Source: the human T2T-CHM13v2.0 reference genome, Homo sapiens
Length of the DNA stretch: 64,000 bases
Direction: 5' to 3' (one strand)
Assembly (NCBI RefSeq): GCF_009914755.1
Contig: NC_060933.1
Both the position numbers and the translations under genes were made by a program. Shown in pieces: positions 30,448 through 44,300 of the stretch (its first letter is position 1; each line of letters opens with the position of its first letter). The notes beneath the pieces are model-generated. The model had not been told where the DNA came from. It did no database searches and saw nothing but the letters and a program-made list of their open reading frames with translations.

Positions 30448-31090
30448 GCAGAAACCTGTAAACTCTTTGATTTTCTCTCAGAGTCTCAGTATTTCATGAT
30501 GCTAGGCCTTGGTGCAGGTCTATTTTCAGCCAGCATGCTAAGCACTCAGGGGACCTTTTCAACCTGCAAACTCATGTTTTGAGTTTGGGGAAATTTTCTA
30601 AACTATTTTCTTATTTCCTCCTCTCTATTTTCTTTTTCCTTTTTGTAATTCCTTTTATGCATACAGAATATCCTGGATTTGTCTTCCAATTTTCTCTACT
30701 TTTCTGTCTTCAGTCCCATCTATTTATGTTTCTGTCCTAGTTTCTGAGAGATTTCCTCAACTTCATCTCCTAATCCTTCCACTGAGTTTTTAATTTCCAT
30801 TACCATGTTTTATAAGAATTCTTTTTTTGTTCGCTGAGATTTTATTTTTTAGCAATCTTTCCTTTTTTCATGATTGTAATTTCTCTTTTTTCCTGAAGAT
30901 ATTAGGATTATGTTTTTTGTTTTGCCCTGAATTTTGTTTCTTCTCCCTTTTTAGTCTCGGTTTTCATCCAGGCTGCCTTTTTCTCTTTGTAGTCTACATG
31001 TTCTATACTGGAGGTTTTCCTCAGATTTTTGGAAATCTTCATTTGTCTGCTCAACTAAGGCTTGAGTGGGAGACTAGAAAACTGATTAGA

Positions 31091-31386
31091 GGCCAGGTGT
31101 GGTGGTTCACACCTATAATCCCAGCATATTTGGAGGCCGAGGTAGGAGGACTGTTGGAGCCCAGGAGTTCGAGACCAGCCTGGGCAATACTAGTGAGACC
31201 CCATCCCTACAAAAAAAATTAAAATTAGCCAAGTGCAGTGACACACCTGTAGTCCCAGCTACTCAGAGGCTCAGATGGCTTGAGCCTGGGTGGTTGAGGC
31301 TGCAGTGAGCTGTTATTGCACCATTGTACTCCAGCCTGGGCAACAGAGCAAGACTCTGTCTTAAAAAAAAAAAAAAAAAAAAAAAA
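31091..31386 (+). mobile_element. AluJ
   Basis: J-type GAGCCCAGGAGTTCGAGACC, poly(A). Confidence 0.92.
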
Positions 31387-33744
31387 TCCCTGACTGGAAA
31401 CTTAAGCACTTGAGCAGAGCTTGTTGACCAGCAAGCTATTGAGCTGGTCAGACTCCCTATAGGAGATGCTTCCAGTTTCTTGCTTGGAGGAGAAAGGCCT
31501 GGCTGTCAGCCTTCTGGGACATCTGGCAGGAACAGGTGTCTTAGCATCTAGTATATACATATTTACTTCCTCTCTTTCTTTTACCTCAATTGCTTCTGGT
31601 GTCCCTGGGTCCACACATCCTGTTCTGTGTTTTCCGCAGGGAGAAAAAAAATAAAATCCTCCAGTCTTCTGTTGGAATGGGGAGAGGTTTTTGCCTGGCT
31701 ATATATTTCTTTGCTTTTCCCAGTGGTAGCTCAGGATTTTCCTCTCAAGTTTGCTAAATTGATTACTACCTGTTCATATGCCTTTCAGACTCCTAAATTT
31801 TGTCTCTCTTAGCTTCTTCCAATCTTCTCCCCTCTTTATAGGTTTATGTCCTTTTTTAACCCTTTATTGTAGTGTAGAGGGTTGAGCGTGTCTGCAAAAT
31901 TAGATGAGATGTGTTTCATCTGCCTCTGTTTCTTCGTCTACAGATTAAGAGAGGCCCAGAGAACTGCTCAGCGAAGATTCTAAGGTTTGCAGCATAACTT
32001 AATAGCAAAAGTGGAGCTAAGACCTACAATTCCTGACTCCTTGTTCAGGGCAGCCTCTTTCAAAATAGACAAAATCATTAATAATGAGTTAATCCAAAAT
32101 CAGTATGTTTCTGATTGTGTGTGGACAAGTTGAAAAGGCTATTTTTCAAAGAGTTCTTTGTATCTTAGCTTTGATTGGTATCTCATCATGAGACAGTAAA
32201 TCAGGAAATGAGGACTTCCCAATGCCAACATGCCCCATAGACAAGCCCCACATGAGAGAGGACTAGCGAAAAATGTTGATACGACAGCAGTGGCTGTGCT
32301 GTTATACTGCTCCAAGTAACTGGAGTTGCACCAGATCTCCTCTACATGTGGGAACAAACAGGGTTGCAGTCAAATACCCAAATTTCACTGGCTCTTGCCC
32401 CATCTGCTGGGGGGCAGGTCCATGGTCAAGTGCTGTCCAAGTAGATCTGTAAGTCCCCAGAGGTGTCTCCTTGGTGCTCACAAACAAGTCCAAACAAGAT
32501 GCTAGAAAGGATGGAAAAGATGGAAAATCATTGCCCTTGAGAGACTATAATATTTGTATAAATAGTCACAATAGAAAGCAAATGGTATTCAATGAAAAAT
32601 CTACACAAAGTGAGTTAGGCAGACAGAGTTAGGAAAAATGACTTGCCTGGAGCTGTGTATGATGCCTGCAGTAAAGGAAGAGTGCTACAGGGTGAAAACT
32701 GCACATCCCTGATCATATTGCTCATTGTCCTTGGCATAAGTGCTCAGAAAATGTTTCATAATTATCCACATGCAACATTTGAGATGCCCATGCTTGACTG
32801 AACCAAGAAGGCATTCCAAAAGTGACAATGTTGCTTCATAAAGGGTTTAATTTCAGGAAGATGTACATTGATCACTTTTATTTGTGTTTGTAACAATAAT
32901 TAGTACATCTGACTTTTCAAGTGCAAACAGATGTGTTGAACTCATCAGCCCAGGCACTGTGAGAGAGAGCAGAGCTCCCCAGTTTGCTCTTGTCATTTGT
33001 CCCGTGTGTCATTCTGTGGTTAAGACAGATTTAAAATTCATTTCCTGGCCTCCCGTGACATAGAAACAGTTCTTAATAAACAAGGGACTCCCACATAAAG
33101 CCCTCTCAGTGCGATCTCTGGAAAAGTGGGGAACTGGATATTTTTGTTTAAGAATACACAGCTCTCAGATGTAACCAGAGCATGGCACTTCTTTGCCAAA
33201 ACAGGAAGGTGGGTCACCTGAGAGCTGGCCTCGGGTTAAAATAATTACATGAGTTCTGGGGAGTGGTGAGAGCTTCATATTTTTATAGCACTTTTATAGT
33301 AATATTTATGTAGTATTTTACTGTATCCATATGGAAGATATTTTGTATCCAATGAGTTATGACTACCATTAATTCATGCACATTCTTTTTACATTTTTGT
33401 TTATAATAATCCTAAGAACTATGTCTTTGATGTGTACTGTATGCAATGTAGTCAGCCAAGAGCTTTACAGATATTATTTTATTTAATGCACCCATCAACC
33501 CTCTACGGTAAGCACCAGTGGAGCTGACAAAAGGGACTTGCTTAGAAACATTAATGTCAGGCTCATAGAAAAATCAATTATTGCCAAGGTCATTGTGTAC
33601 CCAAACCTAAGACCATATAAAAAACATAATAACTTGACCCATAAGATGAACTTCTAGATAAAATGAAACTTTTTTCCCTAAAATCTATAATTCTTCAACC
33701 ATTATGAATGTACTCTCAAATGCATCGTTTGAAACATTCCTATA

Positions 33745-34043
33745 GGCCGGGCAAGGTGGCTCATGCCTGTAATCCCAGCATTTTGGAAGGCTGAGGCAGG
33801 AGGATCACTTGAGCCCAGGAGTTCAAGACCAGTCTAGTCAACATGGGAAAACCCCATCTCTAGAAAAATACAAAAATTGGCTGGGCATGATGGCAAGTGC
33901 CTGTATTCCCAGCTACTCAGGAAGCTGAGGCAGGAGAATCACTTGAACCCCGGAGGCAGAGGTTGCATCAGCCAAAATCGTGCCACTGCACTCCAGCCTG
34001 GGCGACTGAGGAGACTCTGTCTCAGAAAAAAAAAGAAAGAAAA
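33745..34043 (+). mobile_element. Alu (J/S)
   Basis: Full Alu, degenerate TSD GAAA(C/A)ATT(C/T)CTAT. Confidence 0.92.
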
Positions 34044-34960
34044 ATTTCTATGTTTGGATCTCATGAAATGTGCCTGTAGTTAATCAGGAAGTGGCCCCAT
34101 TACTGACAAGAAAGAACACGAGTTAAATAGCAAATAGTTCTGTCAGTAGAATCATATGATGTGATTTGGGCTAAGATCAGTATTTTTTGCATATTCATAT
34201 GTTGCTAGAGAATGTATGATATCTTATAAATCTCATCACTTTCCATTGACAAGCAGCATTGAGTCCAAGTTTTACTTAGAAGTGCATTCAGCCAAGTAAC
34301 AGGTAAGTATAGCTTAAACTAGAACTTTTCAACGTGTATGGTGAGGCCCATTGATGAGCCACAAAGAGATGTGCAGAGAGATATGTATCCCCTCAGGCTT
34401 CAAGGTAGGGAGGAGTCCTGGGGCAGCTGAAGCCCCCAGCATAGTTCACCTCAGGTGCCAGCAGTCTCCTCTGTGTTCCCCAGAGGGCAGTACAAATATT
34501 ACCGCCCACTGTGATTGTCATGACACAAAAAAGATGAAGAAGCAATGGCTTGAGATAGAATAAAGGATATTTGTCATTTACTTAAAGTCCAGGTATATGC
34601 AGTCTAGGGTGGGTACAGCTGCACAGTGACACTCTTATGTATCCAGGTTCTTTCCATCTTTCTGCTCTGCCATGCTTCACTCTGGTTTTTGCTTTTCTTG
34701 TTTGTGGCCTCATAGTTACAAGATGGCTGCCATAGCTTCAGACATCACGTCCTCTCTCCAGGGACTTCTGCAGGAAGGAAATAGAAAAAGAAAAAAAAAA
34801 AGGTGGGGAGGGAGAAATTCCTCATTGCAAGGCTTTTTATGGGGGAGGTTGCCCAGTTGTGCCCCCAGCAGCATCCTCTCAGCAGCTCATGGCCAGAAGT
34901 GGATCGCATGACTCTAGCTGCAAAGGAGGCTGGGAAGAGGCCTACCTCCCCTGAGACTAC

Positions 34961-35791
34961 TTCAGAGGAGAGAAAGATATCTTTTTTTCACCCATCACTA
35001 GGTTCATGCCTATAACCCTTATAAAAGAAGACATATTAACAAGAGAAAGGCATACAAATGCATTTAATGTTTTATACGACAGAGGAGCTTTCAGAAATGA
35101 AGACCCAAAAAAACAGGCAAACCTGTGTAGTTTTATGCTAGAGTTGATGAAGAAGTGGAAAGTAAGATTGGCTGAAGGGGGTATGATCTAATGGTAAAAG
35201 ACTGGTGAAACTTAGCAAGGCTTCTTTGTTTAGATTGGTCACCATGTCCCTGTGTCTTCAGAGATAAGTATATTTCCTTCCTCCAGTTATAGGGAGGGCA
35301 CCTCTTAAGTGGGGTCTTACAGCCTACTACAGAGGCAGGCCAGAGGATTCTTTTATTGCCTGCTTCAGGGAAGAAGGGTGAGAGAAGGTCAGAGAGTGAC
35401 CTTCCTAGGTTTATTACCTGTTTTCTTTTCTTTTTTTTTTTTCTCTTTAGACAAGGTCTGGCTCTGTTGCCCAGGCTGGAGTGCAGTGGTGCAATCTCAG
35501 CTCACTGCATCCTCTGCCTCCTGGCTCAAGCGATTCTCCCACCTCAGCCTCCTGAGTAGCTGGGACTACAGGCATGCACCACCATGCCCGGCTAATTTTT
35601 GTGTTTTTTGTAGAGACTGGATCTCACCATGTTGCCCAGGCTGGTCTTGAACTCATGAGTTCAAGCGATCCACCCGCCTTGGCCTCCCAAAGTGCTGGGA
35701 TTACAGGCACGAGCCATCACAACTGGCCAAGGAGCTGTTTTCTCAAATGCTAAGTTGCCATATAATGGGTAGAATATCCTGAATCCCATCA
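34961..35791 (-). mobile_element. ERV1 solo LTR (MER4-group, MER31-like), interrupted by an Alu
   Basis: ATTAACAAGAGAAAGGCATACAAAT...CAGAAATGAAGACCCAAA; CTAC repeated at both ends (TSD). Confidence 0.65.
35427..35728 (-). mobile_element. AluJ
   Basis: Antisense Alu with J-type GGCTCAAGCGAT; CTGTTTTCT near both flanks. Confidence 0.92.
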
Positions 35792-38484
35792 CTACAGATC
35801 TCCACCTACTACCTAAAATCAAAACCTAGGGTTCTGTTAGCAAAGACAGGACACTATGGCTTTTGTACAGGCACCAGTGATTGTGCCAAACACAGACTGT
35901 AAGGGAAAAGCCAGAATGATTTTTTTTAATGAAACATATTTTCTGCTTCTTAAGTAATTGTTTAGACTCTTTAAAATACCACCCACCAGATCATTTACCC
36001 CTCAAACTAAAAGCCTGTTCTGGAAATGGATTTGAAACAGAGCATCCTACGGACAAGAGAGCGGTTTGTGCAAATCTTAGAGAAATTTTTCTCAGTATTC
36101 ATTTTTATTGAGACATCCAAGCAGCATTCATGATTTTGTAGCTCTTGAGTTATAAACTAGATATAATTCTTTGCTTTTTTTCTCCTATTCAATCGCATAC
36201 TTAGACATTAATATTTTTAATTATTTTTTAAATTAGATGGGCTCTGTGGAATGTTGCATGAGATGCCTCAAGAATCAGGCCACAGTGTTGGAAAGTTATC
36301 ATAATGCAAACGTCTCACACCACAAATTTTAAAAGGTTAATTTTTTTTGGTTCAAGCAGTATTAACTTTGGATATTTAGAAGGATTTTTTTCACATTTCC
36401 TCAGAATTGGTGACAGAGAAAAGTATTTTATGGTATTGCAAATATTATATCAGAAATGTATGGCACTGAGAGGAGAAACTAAGTATAATCGTCACCTTTG
36501 ATCAATTTATAATTTTTAGAAAGTTGGTTCATAGTACTCCCAATATTGACGTGTAGGAAAGAAAGAATAAGAAAGAAAGAAACCACCATTTCCTTGATAA
36601 CTTGAAAAATCATAGATTTGAATGACAGAAATAATTGTGAACCAAGTTCCAGTCTATAATGAGGAATAAACTTTTTCTGCTTTGTGAATTCATTTTCTGA
36701 TTATGAAAATTATACAGGAACTTTATGATAGAGGAAATTTGGAAAAGACAATGGTTATTCTTAATTCCACTACCTTAATACAATCATTAATGCCTCTGTA
36801 AACCCCATCAGACATTTTCAGATGTGTGTCATTCATTATATGATTGTAATCACAGTGTGATTGCCATTTTACATTATACATATTTCTATGGAACAAAATA
36901 CTATATTCTCTTCATATTTCTTTTCATATTTTTCTAGGTTTTATTTTTATGAAAGTCAAATAGTTCTTCCAGGACTATTATTAAAACCACCAACCCCATT
37001 CCATTCCCCACCCCTATTTCCTCCTCACCAAAGGCAACCACCTTTTTCATCTGATTTTTTTAGTTATTTCTCTCAACAAAATACTTGAGTTGCTATTTCC
37101 AGTTTTTTTGTTCTCACTTTGGAAGAGGATGATATAGCTCCCTTTTATCACCCCACCTTCACAGTAACCCTTCTCATCCTCTCTATTCTCCAAGTAGAGT
37201 TGCATCATAATTCCTATTAGATTGTAATTTACCTTATGTCATAAACATATTCGCAACTGTGCCCTGTTGTAAAGTTTCATTATATTTCCTTATACTTTTC
37301 CCCAAAATGATGTTCCATTCTGTTTTCTTTAGTTGTCTACATATTTATTAATAATTGAATCTCAAACTCTTTAAAATGTCTAATTGGTTCAGACGCGTCG
37401 GATATTTCAGCAGAGTTACTCAACTGAATAATCTCTCCCCAGAGTCTTCTGACCTTGTCTAGTCTGCTAAGTTTGGTGCACAGATGTTATCCTGGGAACT
37501 TCTTTCACCTTTGTTCTGGGAATTCACTTTGTCTCTAAAGTTGGCTCCACTGCTTCATAGTGTTTATATTTCCCTCTTCTTGGTTTAGTCCTTTGTTTCT
37601 GCAGAGCACATCCCCCAGTATCTTTTTGAGAAAAGGACTCATGGGAAGTTAATTTTTTGAGATCTTGCAAGTCTGAAAATGTCTTTATGCTAACGTCACT
37701 CATAAGAAATAGTTTAGCAAAGTATAGAATTTTATTTCAGAAGTGGTTTTCAAAGGCATTATTCCATTGTCTTCAGGCTCCCTAAGTTGCTGTTCAGAAG
37801 TTCAGATTTATCCGTTTCCTGATCATCTGCATGTTATCTATTTTCTCCCCATCTCTGAAAGTTTAAAGATGTCTTTTTCTTAATTGTCTTGGAGTTGGTC
37901 TTATTTTCATCTGTAGTAAAGCATTGTATTCAGTGGACCTTTTCAATCTGCATACTCAAGTCTTTCAGGTCTAGAAAATTTTCTTTTTTCCTTTTTGGTC
38001 TTTTTTTCTTAGGTCTAGGAAATTTTCTTGATGATTTCATTGCCTCTGTTTTTTCTTTTCTCTGTGTATCTCCTCATTTGAAAATTGAAGCCGCTAGACT
38101 AGTCTTCTACGTTTCTGTTGTTTTTTCTCTGTCTCCCATCTGTTTGTCTTTTTACTCTATTTTTTGTGGGATTTCCTCAAATTTTCATACAGCCCTCTAA
38201 TTCAATCAATTCTACTGTTACGTTTTTACTTTCCAGGACCTCTTCTTGTCCTGATAATTTCTTCCTTTAGTATCCCGTTCTTTTATTTCATAGTTGCTGT
38301 AACTTATCTGAGGATGTAAATAATAGTTGGGGTCTAAGGGTTTTTTGGCATTTTCTAATCCCTGCATAATCTTAGGTTATTCTAGTTAGCTTTTTTCGAT
38401 ATTTTCGATCTCTTTTACAATAGTAGCTTCTCTCAGATTTCTCATAATCGTTGGTTGTCTGTTCGTACTTAAAAGCGTGTCACC

Positions 38485-38789
<305 letters not shown>

Positions 38790-38799
38790 GCGTGTCACC

Positions 38800-39032
38800 A
38801 CAAATCTATCAAGACAGAAAGTAAGTTAGCAGTTACCTAGTGCTGGGGATTTTGGGGAAATGGAGTAACTATTAATGAGCACAATTTTCTTCTCGAGGTG
38901 ATGAAAATATTCTAAAATTGGTTATGGTGATAGTTGCACAACTCTGAATATACCAAAAGCCATTGAATAATATACTTTAAAGCAACTAATTATATGGTAT
39001 ACATATGATATATCAATAAAACTATTTCAAAC
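38800..39032 (+). mobile_element. L1MB 3' end
   Basis: AAATCTATCAAGACAGAAAGTAAG...GGTGATGAAAATATTCTAAAATTG...TATATCAATAAAAC. Confidence 0.8.
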
Positions 39033-40757
39033 AAGAAGTGGGGCACTAACAAAATGATTAAAAGTTCAAAGTGCGTGGCTGGGGCTTGTCATCTGTGGGT
39101 TTCACTGTAGGGCGATTTGGCTGGGCTGTGTAGTTGGGGAAACCTGGTATTTGTCTTTCTTCTTGGGTTGATTAGATCCCCAGAAAAGGCTCTACCAATC
39201 TTTCCAGCCTGGATGATAAAGGCTGGCTGTCAGCTTGATGGAAGCCGAGTTGGGGAAGAGACCGTCTCTGAATCTGGCAGGCTAGTACCCTCCTTATCTC
39301 CTTATTTTCAGTTGGTCCCTTATCCTTGTGCTGTGACTAATGATCCCCAATCTAGAGACCTTCTGTTCCACCCACTCCGGAGAATAAACCTCCATTCTTA
39401 AAATAGGGTTGAGAAAAGGCAGTTGCATGTTGGTAGAAGTTTTGGGAGATGATTTACCTGCTGCTTAACCAGACTTTCAACCACAGATACTTAACTTAGC
39501 TGCCTCCTCTTACCCCGACACATGCTATTTCATGGATTCCCAATGCTTCTAATTCTTCAGCCTTTTGAGAGTTTTGTGAATCAAGTGTGTTCTAGGCTTT
39601 TCCCTCATTTTTATGAGTTTTTAGAAAAGAAGCAAAGTGGGAAGCATGTGTTCACACCATTTTTACCTGAACAGAAATACATATTTTGCTCTCTCCAATT
39701 ATTCAAGGTCATTACAGTATGAACTATCAAGATCATTTTTTTAATTTAAAATACTGATTTGGGAAAAAAAAGACATTAAATAAACATTTCCTTGTACACA
39801 GAATACTCCTGTTTTGTGTAAAATCAAAAGATTTGAGCACATTTATCCCCTAACTAAAGGCAGAAATGTTATTTTTCATATGCAAGTAGAAAAATCAATC
39901 CTCTCTGAATTCAGAGAACTGGTTAAATGCATTCAAAATCATAAGACTTATGATTAGCTGTTTTAAGATGAATAGGTAAAGTAAGCTTCTGGCCAAGTCA
40001 TGAAGCATTTCTTTCCCTTTGCAAATGATTTAAAGTCCTCAAATTCTGACTGCCTCATAAAGAACAGATAGATTTTATTGTTGTTACTTGCTGTAGAAAA
40101 ATTAGAGGTTTACTAATTGCTTTACCTACTCTTCTCACATGGTTCTTTGATTTTAAGGGAGTCATTCAGTCCATCTAGACTGAATTTGGAACTCAGAGAA
40201 TTAAAATTATGGGCAGGGGGACAGTGGCCAAGCTTACTATTCTTTATGATACTTGATCTTGCAGCTGACTTAATTCCTGTTTTCATTTCTGGTCCCTAGA
40301 GCTGCACCGATATTCATTTCATATTTCTTAAAGGTTTATCAGGTAAATAAGAGAGAGAACCATTCATAGTTAACAGCACAATTGTCATATATATTGACAA
40401 CTTCAAGGCAATTCTAAATTGTCTCCTTCTCTAATGAAAACATTTCAATATGACAAAAACCTTGATCCAAATTCTGCTTGTTAATTACCATGATTTCTAA
40501 GATCTCCAGTCTCTAAAACCTTATGATTCTGTTTCTTTCTCAACTTAAAATGCCACCCTTCTTTTACTTTTGAAAAGAACCTTTATCTCATTGCATCGAT
40601 GAAAGAAACTTATATTTGATTTAGATTATTACTCATAATAACTTGACCTTTCCAAAGCATCACAGCCATTCAGAACAAGCTACATTTGCAGCATCTCAAA
40701 TAAAATTGTGAGGACTAATGTGCAAAAATTATTAACAGGTTCAAGATGGCAACATCA

Positions 40758-41078
<321 letters not shown>

Positions 41079-43243
41079 CTAAGAAAGGAACCATTCTAAG
41101 CCCAGGAATCCATGCAGTTGCATAGGTCACATGACCCTGTAGTCAGCCCTGAAATTATCTGTAGAAGGAAGACACGTTTGATGTCCCTGCCAATGATAAT
41201 TTGCTTTGGTTCAGCTGTTACGGTGACTAACACTTCCCCAGATCAGGGACCTTTACAATGGTAGTGGGGGCATTCATTATACAGTCATTGCCTGAAATTC
41301 CACATTTCAGGTATATCCTGAGTTAAATCACACAGCTATTACACTTTAGACAATAGATCCTTCAACCGTGGGTGGTCAGTATTGGGTGGTGGTGACTTCA
41401 GGTGCTTTCTTCCTGCTCTGACAGTAGCTTTCAATGGGTCAAATTCTTCAAGCCAAATTAAATGAAAGCTTGAGTTCTGATCCACAGAGAAAAAGAACTT
41501 GAATAAATATATATCTCCTATTTCTAAGCTCCCGACGTTTTGTAAAGCTACTTAATTTTCCCCCATCTCACTTGTTTTTCAGCTCAATCCATCTGAGCAC
41601 CTGTTATTCATATCAGAAGGAAATGAAATCAATAGCATTTTCTTCCCCAGTGGCAGTCTTTAAACTTCCTTCTCTTTTGCCAGTAAGTCATCATTCTTCT
41701 TTAAGACTGCTGTTGTATCCAGGCATGTCCAAGATTTCCTTATTTGTTTTGAACTTTGAACCTGATAGACACTTAGAAATTCACGTGGTTCCACCCTCAC
41801 CCATAGAGCATGTTATACTATCACAGTGGACTGAAATGTTTCTTAAGGGTTTATAAAAGGATGATTATGATGCCATTAAGAGAAGTAAAGGCCCCTAAGG
41901 GAAGTAAAGAGCTAATATTTATTCATCATGAGTAAACATCCGATCTTAGCTATCTCAGAACAGGACATGTATTAATACATTGAACTTTGAATAAATTGGC
42001 ATCTCACTTCTGTGGTTGCCTTGCTGTGAAGGGTACTCTCCTGGGTCTGCCACAAAATAAGCAGAATCCGACCCAGGCTGACCTGACTCCCCATATAGCC
42101 CAGGAAGCTGATGAGCCTGGCATGTCAGCTCAGGCTGAGAATTCTTCTCCCCAAGAAAGCAGAATCAAAACCCATGCATGGAAGTTACAAAGAAAGGATT
42201 GTTCTATATAAGGAAGAGTTTAATAATGTGGTTAAAGAAGAAATAGGCTACCCTGAAAATGCTAAGCCTCTCACTGTAGCTGAGCAGCCATCTGGGAAGA
42301 CTACCGTAGAGGGGAGAGAAATAGCACAGAGCTTTTTAAACTAGAATGCCTGTAGGTTTCCTTGTAAACGCTGCAATTCTGGAATTCTCTTAGCTCCCAA
42401 GAGGAGGTTGATTGATCACAATAAATACAGAGCCTGATAGACGGAAAAATAAGCCTGTTATATGTGTACAAACCTTCTCTCCCTTTCCTTATGAGCAAAG
42501 TGAAACCAGACCTGCAGGCATGTGGCCTTATGTAGGCCTGAGCCTTAAGCTGCCACCATTTGGCAGGATGTGCATCCTTTGAGGAAATTGTAAGGTTATA
42601 TGGCCATGGTTTTCAGCTTGGACAGGTAACCTAGCATAGAAGCTTTCGAATTAGAATGCCACTCTGCTGTTGACCAGCTACACTACTTTACCTCCCTGCA
42701 CCTTAATCACCTCATCTACAAATAATATCGACTTCACAAGATTATTGTGAGGATGAGATAAGAAAATATATATGACTATCTAGTACAATGAATAGAATAT
42801 ATATAAGATACATATTCTATGACTCAATTAGTTCTGTGATTTAATTTGAAAGTCTAAGGTGAAGATGGGGGCAGAGGGTGTCCCTGGAAAGGCTAACGTT
42901 CTAATAGAGTTTAACTCACCATTGCCACTTCTGATGGATAGTCTAGTTCTGCAAGACCAAGCCTTTCTGCCTGAACTCTAGTACCTCAATCACAGGCTGG
43001 GAATGACTTAAGGAAACGAAGCCAGTTCCAAACGCTAACACACAGCTGTCATACAGATTTTGTCCCACAAATGAACAATGATATAAATGTAGTCAATCTT
43101 AAACTTCTGAATTAACTGTAAAGTGATACAAGAGCTTTGTGTTTAAGGATGAGAAGGTTCAGCCTAGTTCTTCAGTGGTTCCATACTTAAACCATCCAAA
43201 AATACAGGTATGTATCCTTATCTATTGAAAAGAAGAAAAGGCA

Positions 43244-43551
43244 GCGGGGTGCAGCGGTTCACACCTGCAATCCCAGCGCTTTGGGAGGCCAAGGCAGGTG
43301 GATCACCTGAGGTCAGGGGTTCGAGACCAGCCTGGCCAACATGATGAAACTCCGTGTCTACTAAAAATACAAAAATTCGCCAGGCATGATGCATACCTGG
43401 CACATACCTGTAATACCAGCTATTCAGGAGGCTGAAGCAGGAGAATCGCTTGAACCCAGGAGGCGGAAGTTGTAGTGAGCTGAGATTGTGCCACTGCACT
43501 CCAACCTGGGTGACAGAGTGAGACTCCATCTCAAAAAAAAAAAAAAAAAAA
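43244..43551 (+). mobile_element. AluS (Sx-like) with a small internal duplication
   Basis: GGATCACCTGAGGTCAGG; CATACCTG repeated at start of the right arm; poly(A). Confidence 0.92.
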
Positions 43552-43589
43552 GCTATTTGTATTCAAAAAACAAAACAGTGGGGGTGTGT

Positions 43590-44300
43590 CAGAGGGCACA
43601 GGAGCTGACTGAAAGAGCTCTCAATAGCTAAAATTGGAACAATTTGAGCAATAAAATAACACAGTTTTGAGTTATAACCCAAAGAATAAATATCCAAGAG
43701 GCCATACTAATATTAATATATGATTGAATAAATAAATAAATGGAGGAGAGGAGACAAAATTCCCATACAGAAGAATTCCAAATACTGTATGTAGCTACTC
43801 CACCCTGAAGGAAGTGGAACACAACACCCCATCCCTTAAGTGTTGGCCACACTTAGTGGCTTGCTTCCAAAAAGTACAGCATGGAAAGGGAGGTGGGGGT
43901 ACCTTTGCAGTAGAGAAGCCTGGTAAACACTACCTCAGCCAGGTAATCAAGGTAAACATTATCAATGATAAGTCATGTTAATAGTGCATAACCTTGACTT
44001 AATATGGTACTTGACCTCTGTGATCTTCCTTCCAAAAACTTACAAATACCGTGTCTAACCATGAGAAAAACATCAAGCAACCCAAATCATGTGGGACATT
44101 CTGCAGTATACCTGATGAGTACTCTTCAGAACTGTCAAGGTCATCAAAAACAAGAAGTCTAAAAAACCATCACAGTCTATGAGAGCCTAAGGAGATGTGA
44201 CACCTAAATGTCACATGGTATCCAGAGTGGGACTCTGGAACGGAAAAAGGCATTAAGGAAAATGAACAAAATCTGGATATAGTATGGAGGTTAGTTATAA
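43590..44300 (+). mobile_element. L1MC/MD 3'UTR
   Basis: GGAACAATTTGAGCAATAAAATAA; GATAAGTCATGTTAATAG; CTGTCAAGGTCATCAAAAACAAG. Confidence 0.75.

Larger units (their letters stand above)
29250..31870 (-). mobile_element. HAL1/L1M-like element, split by a microsatellite and an AluJ
   Basis: Long T-rich antisense stretch (TTTGAGATCTTGCATGTCT...GTATAGAATTCTAG; GGAGGTTTTCCTCAGAT). Confidence 0.65.
34560..35880 (-). mobile_element. Old MLT1 (J/K-like) LTR hosting an ERV1 LTR and an Alu
   Basis: CAAGATGGCTGCCATAGCTTCAGACATCACGTCC; CTAGCTGCAAAGGAGGCTGGGAA; resumes GGGTTCTGTTAGCAAAG after the nested LTR. Confidence 0.6.

Noticed and set aside
40300-40320. Alternate frame SCTDIHF resembles the PIP5K1C TDIYF motif
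   Set aside because: Wrong phase relative to the upstream donor and too short to be significant
42792-42820. ATAGAATAT...ATATTCTAT inverted repeat
   Set aside because: AT-rich 9-bp stem at a MIR end; expected by chance
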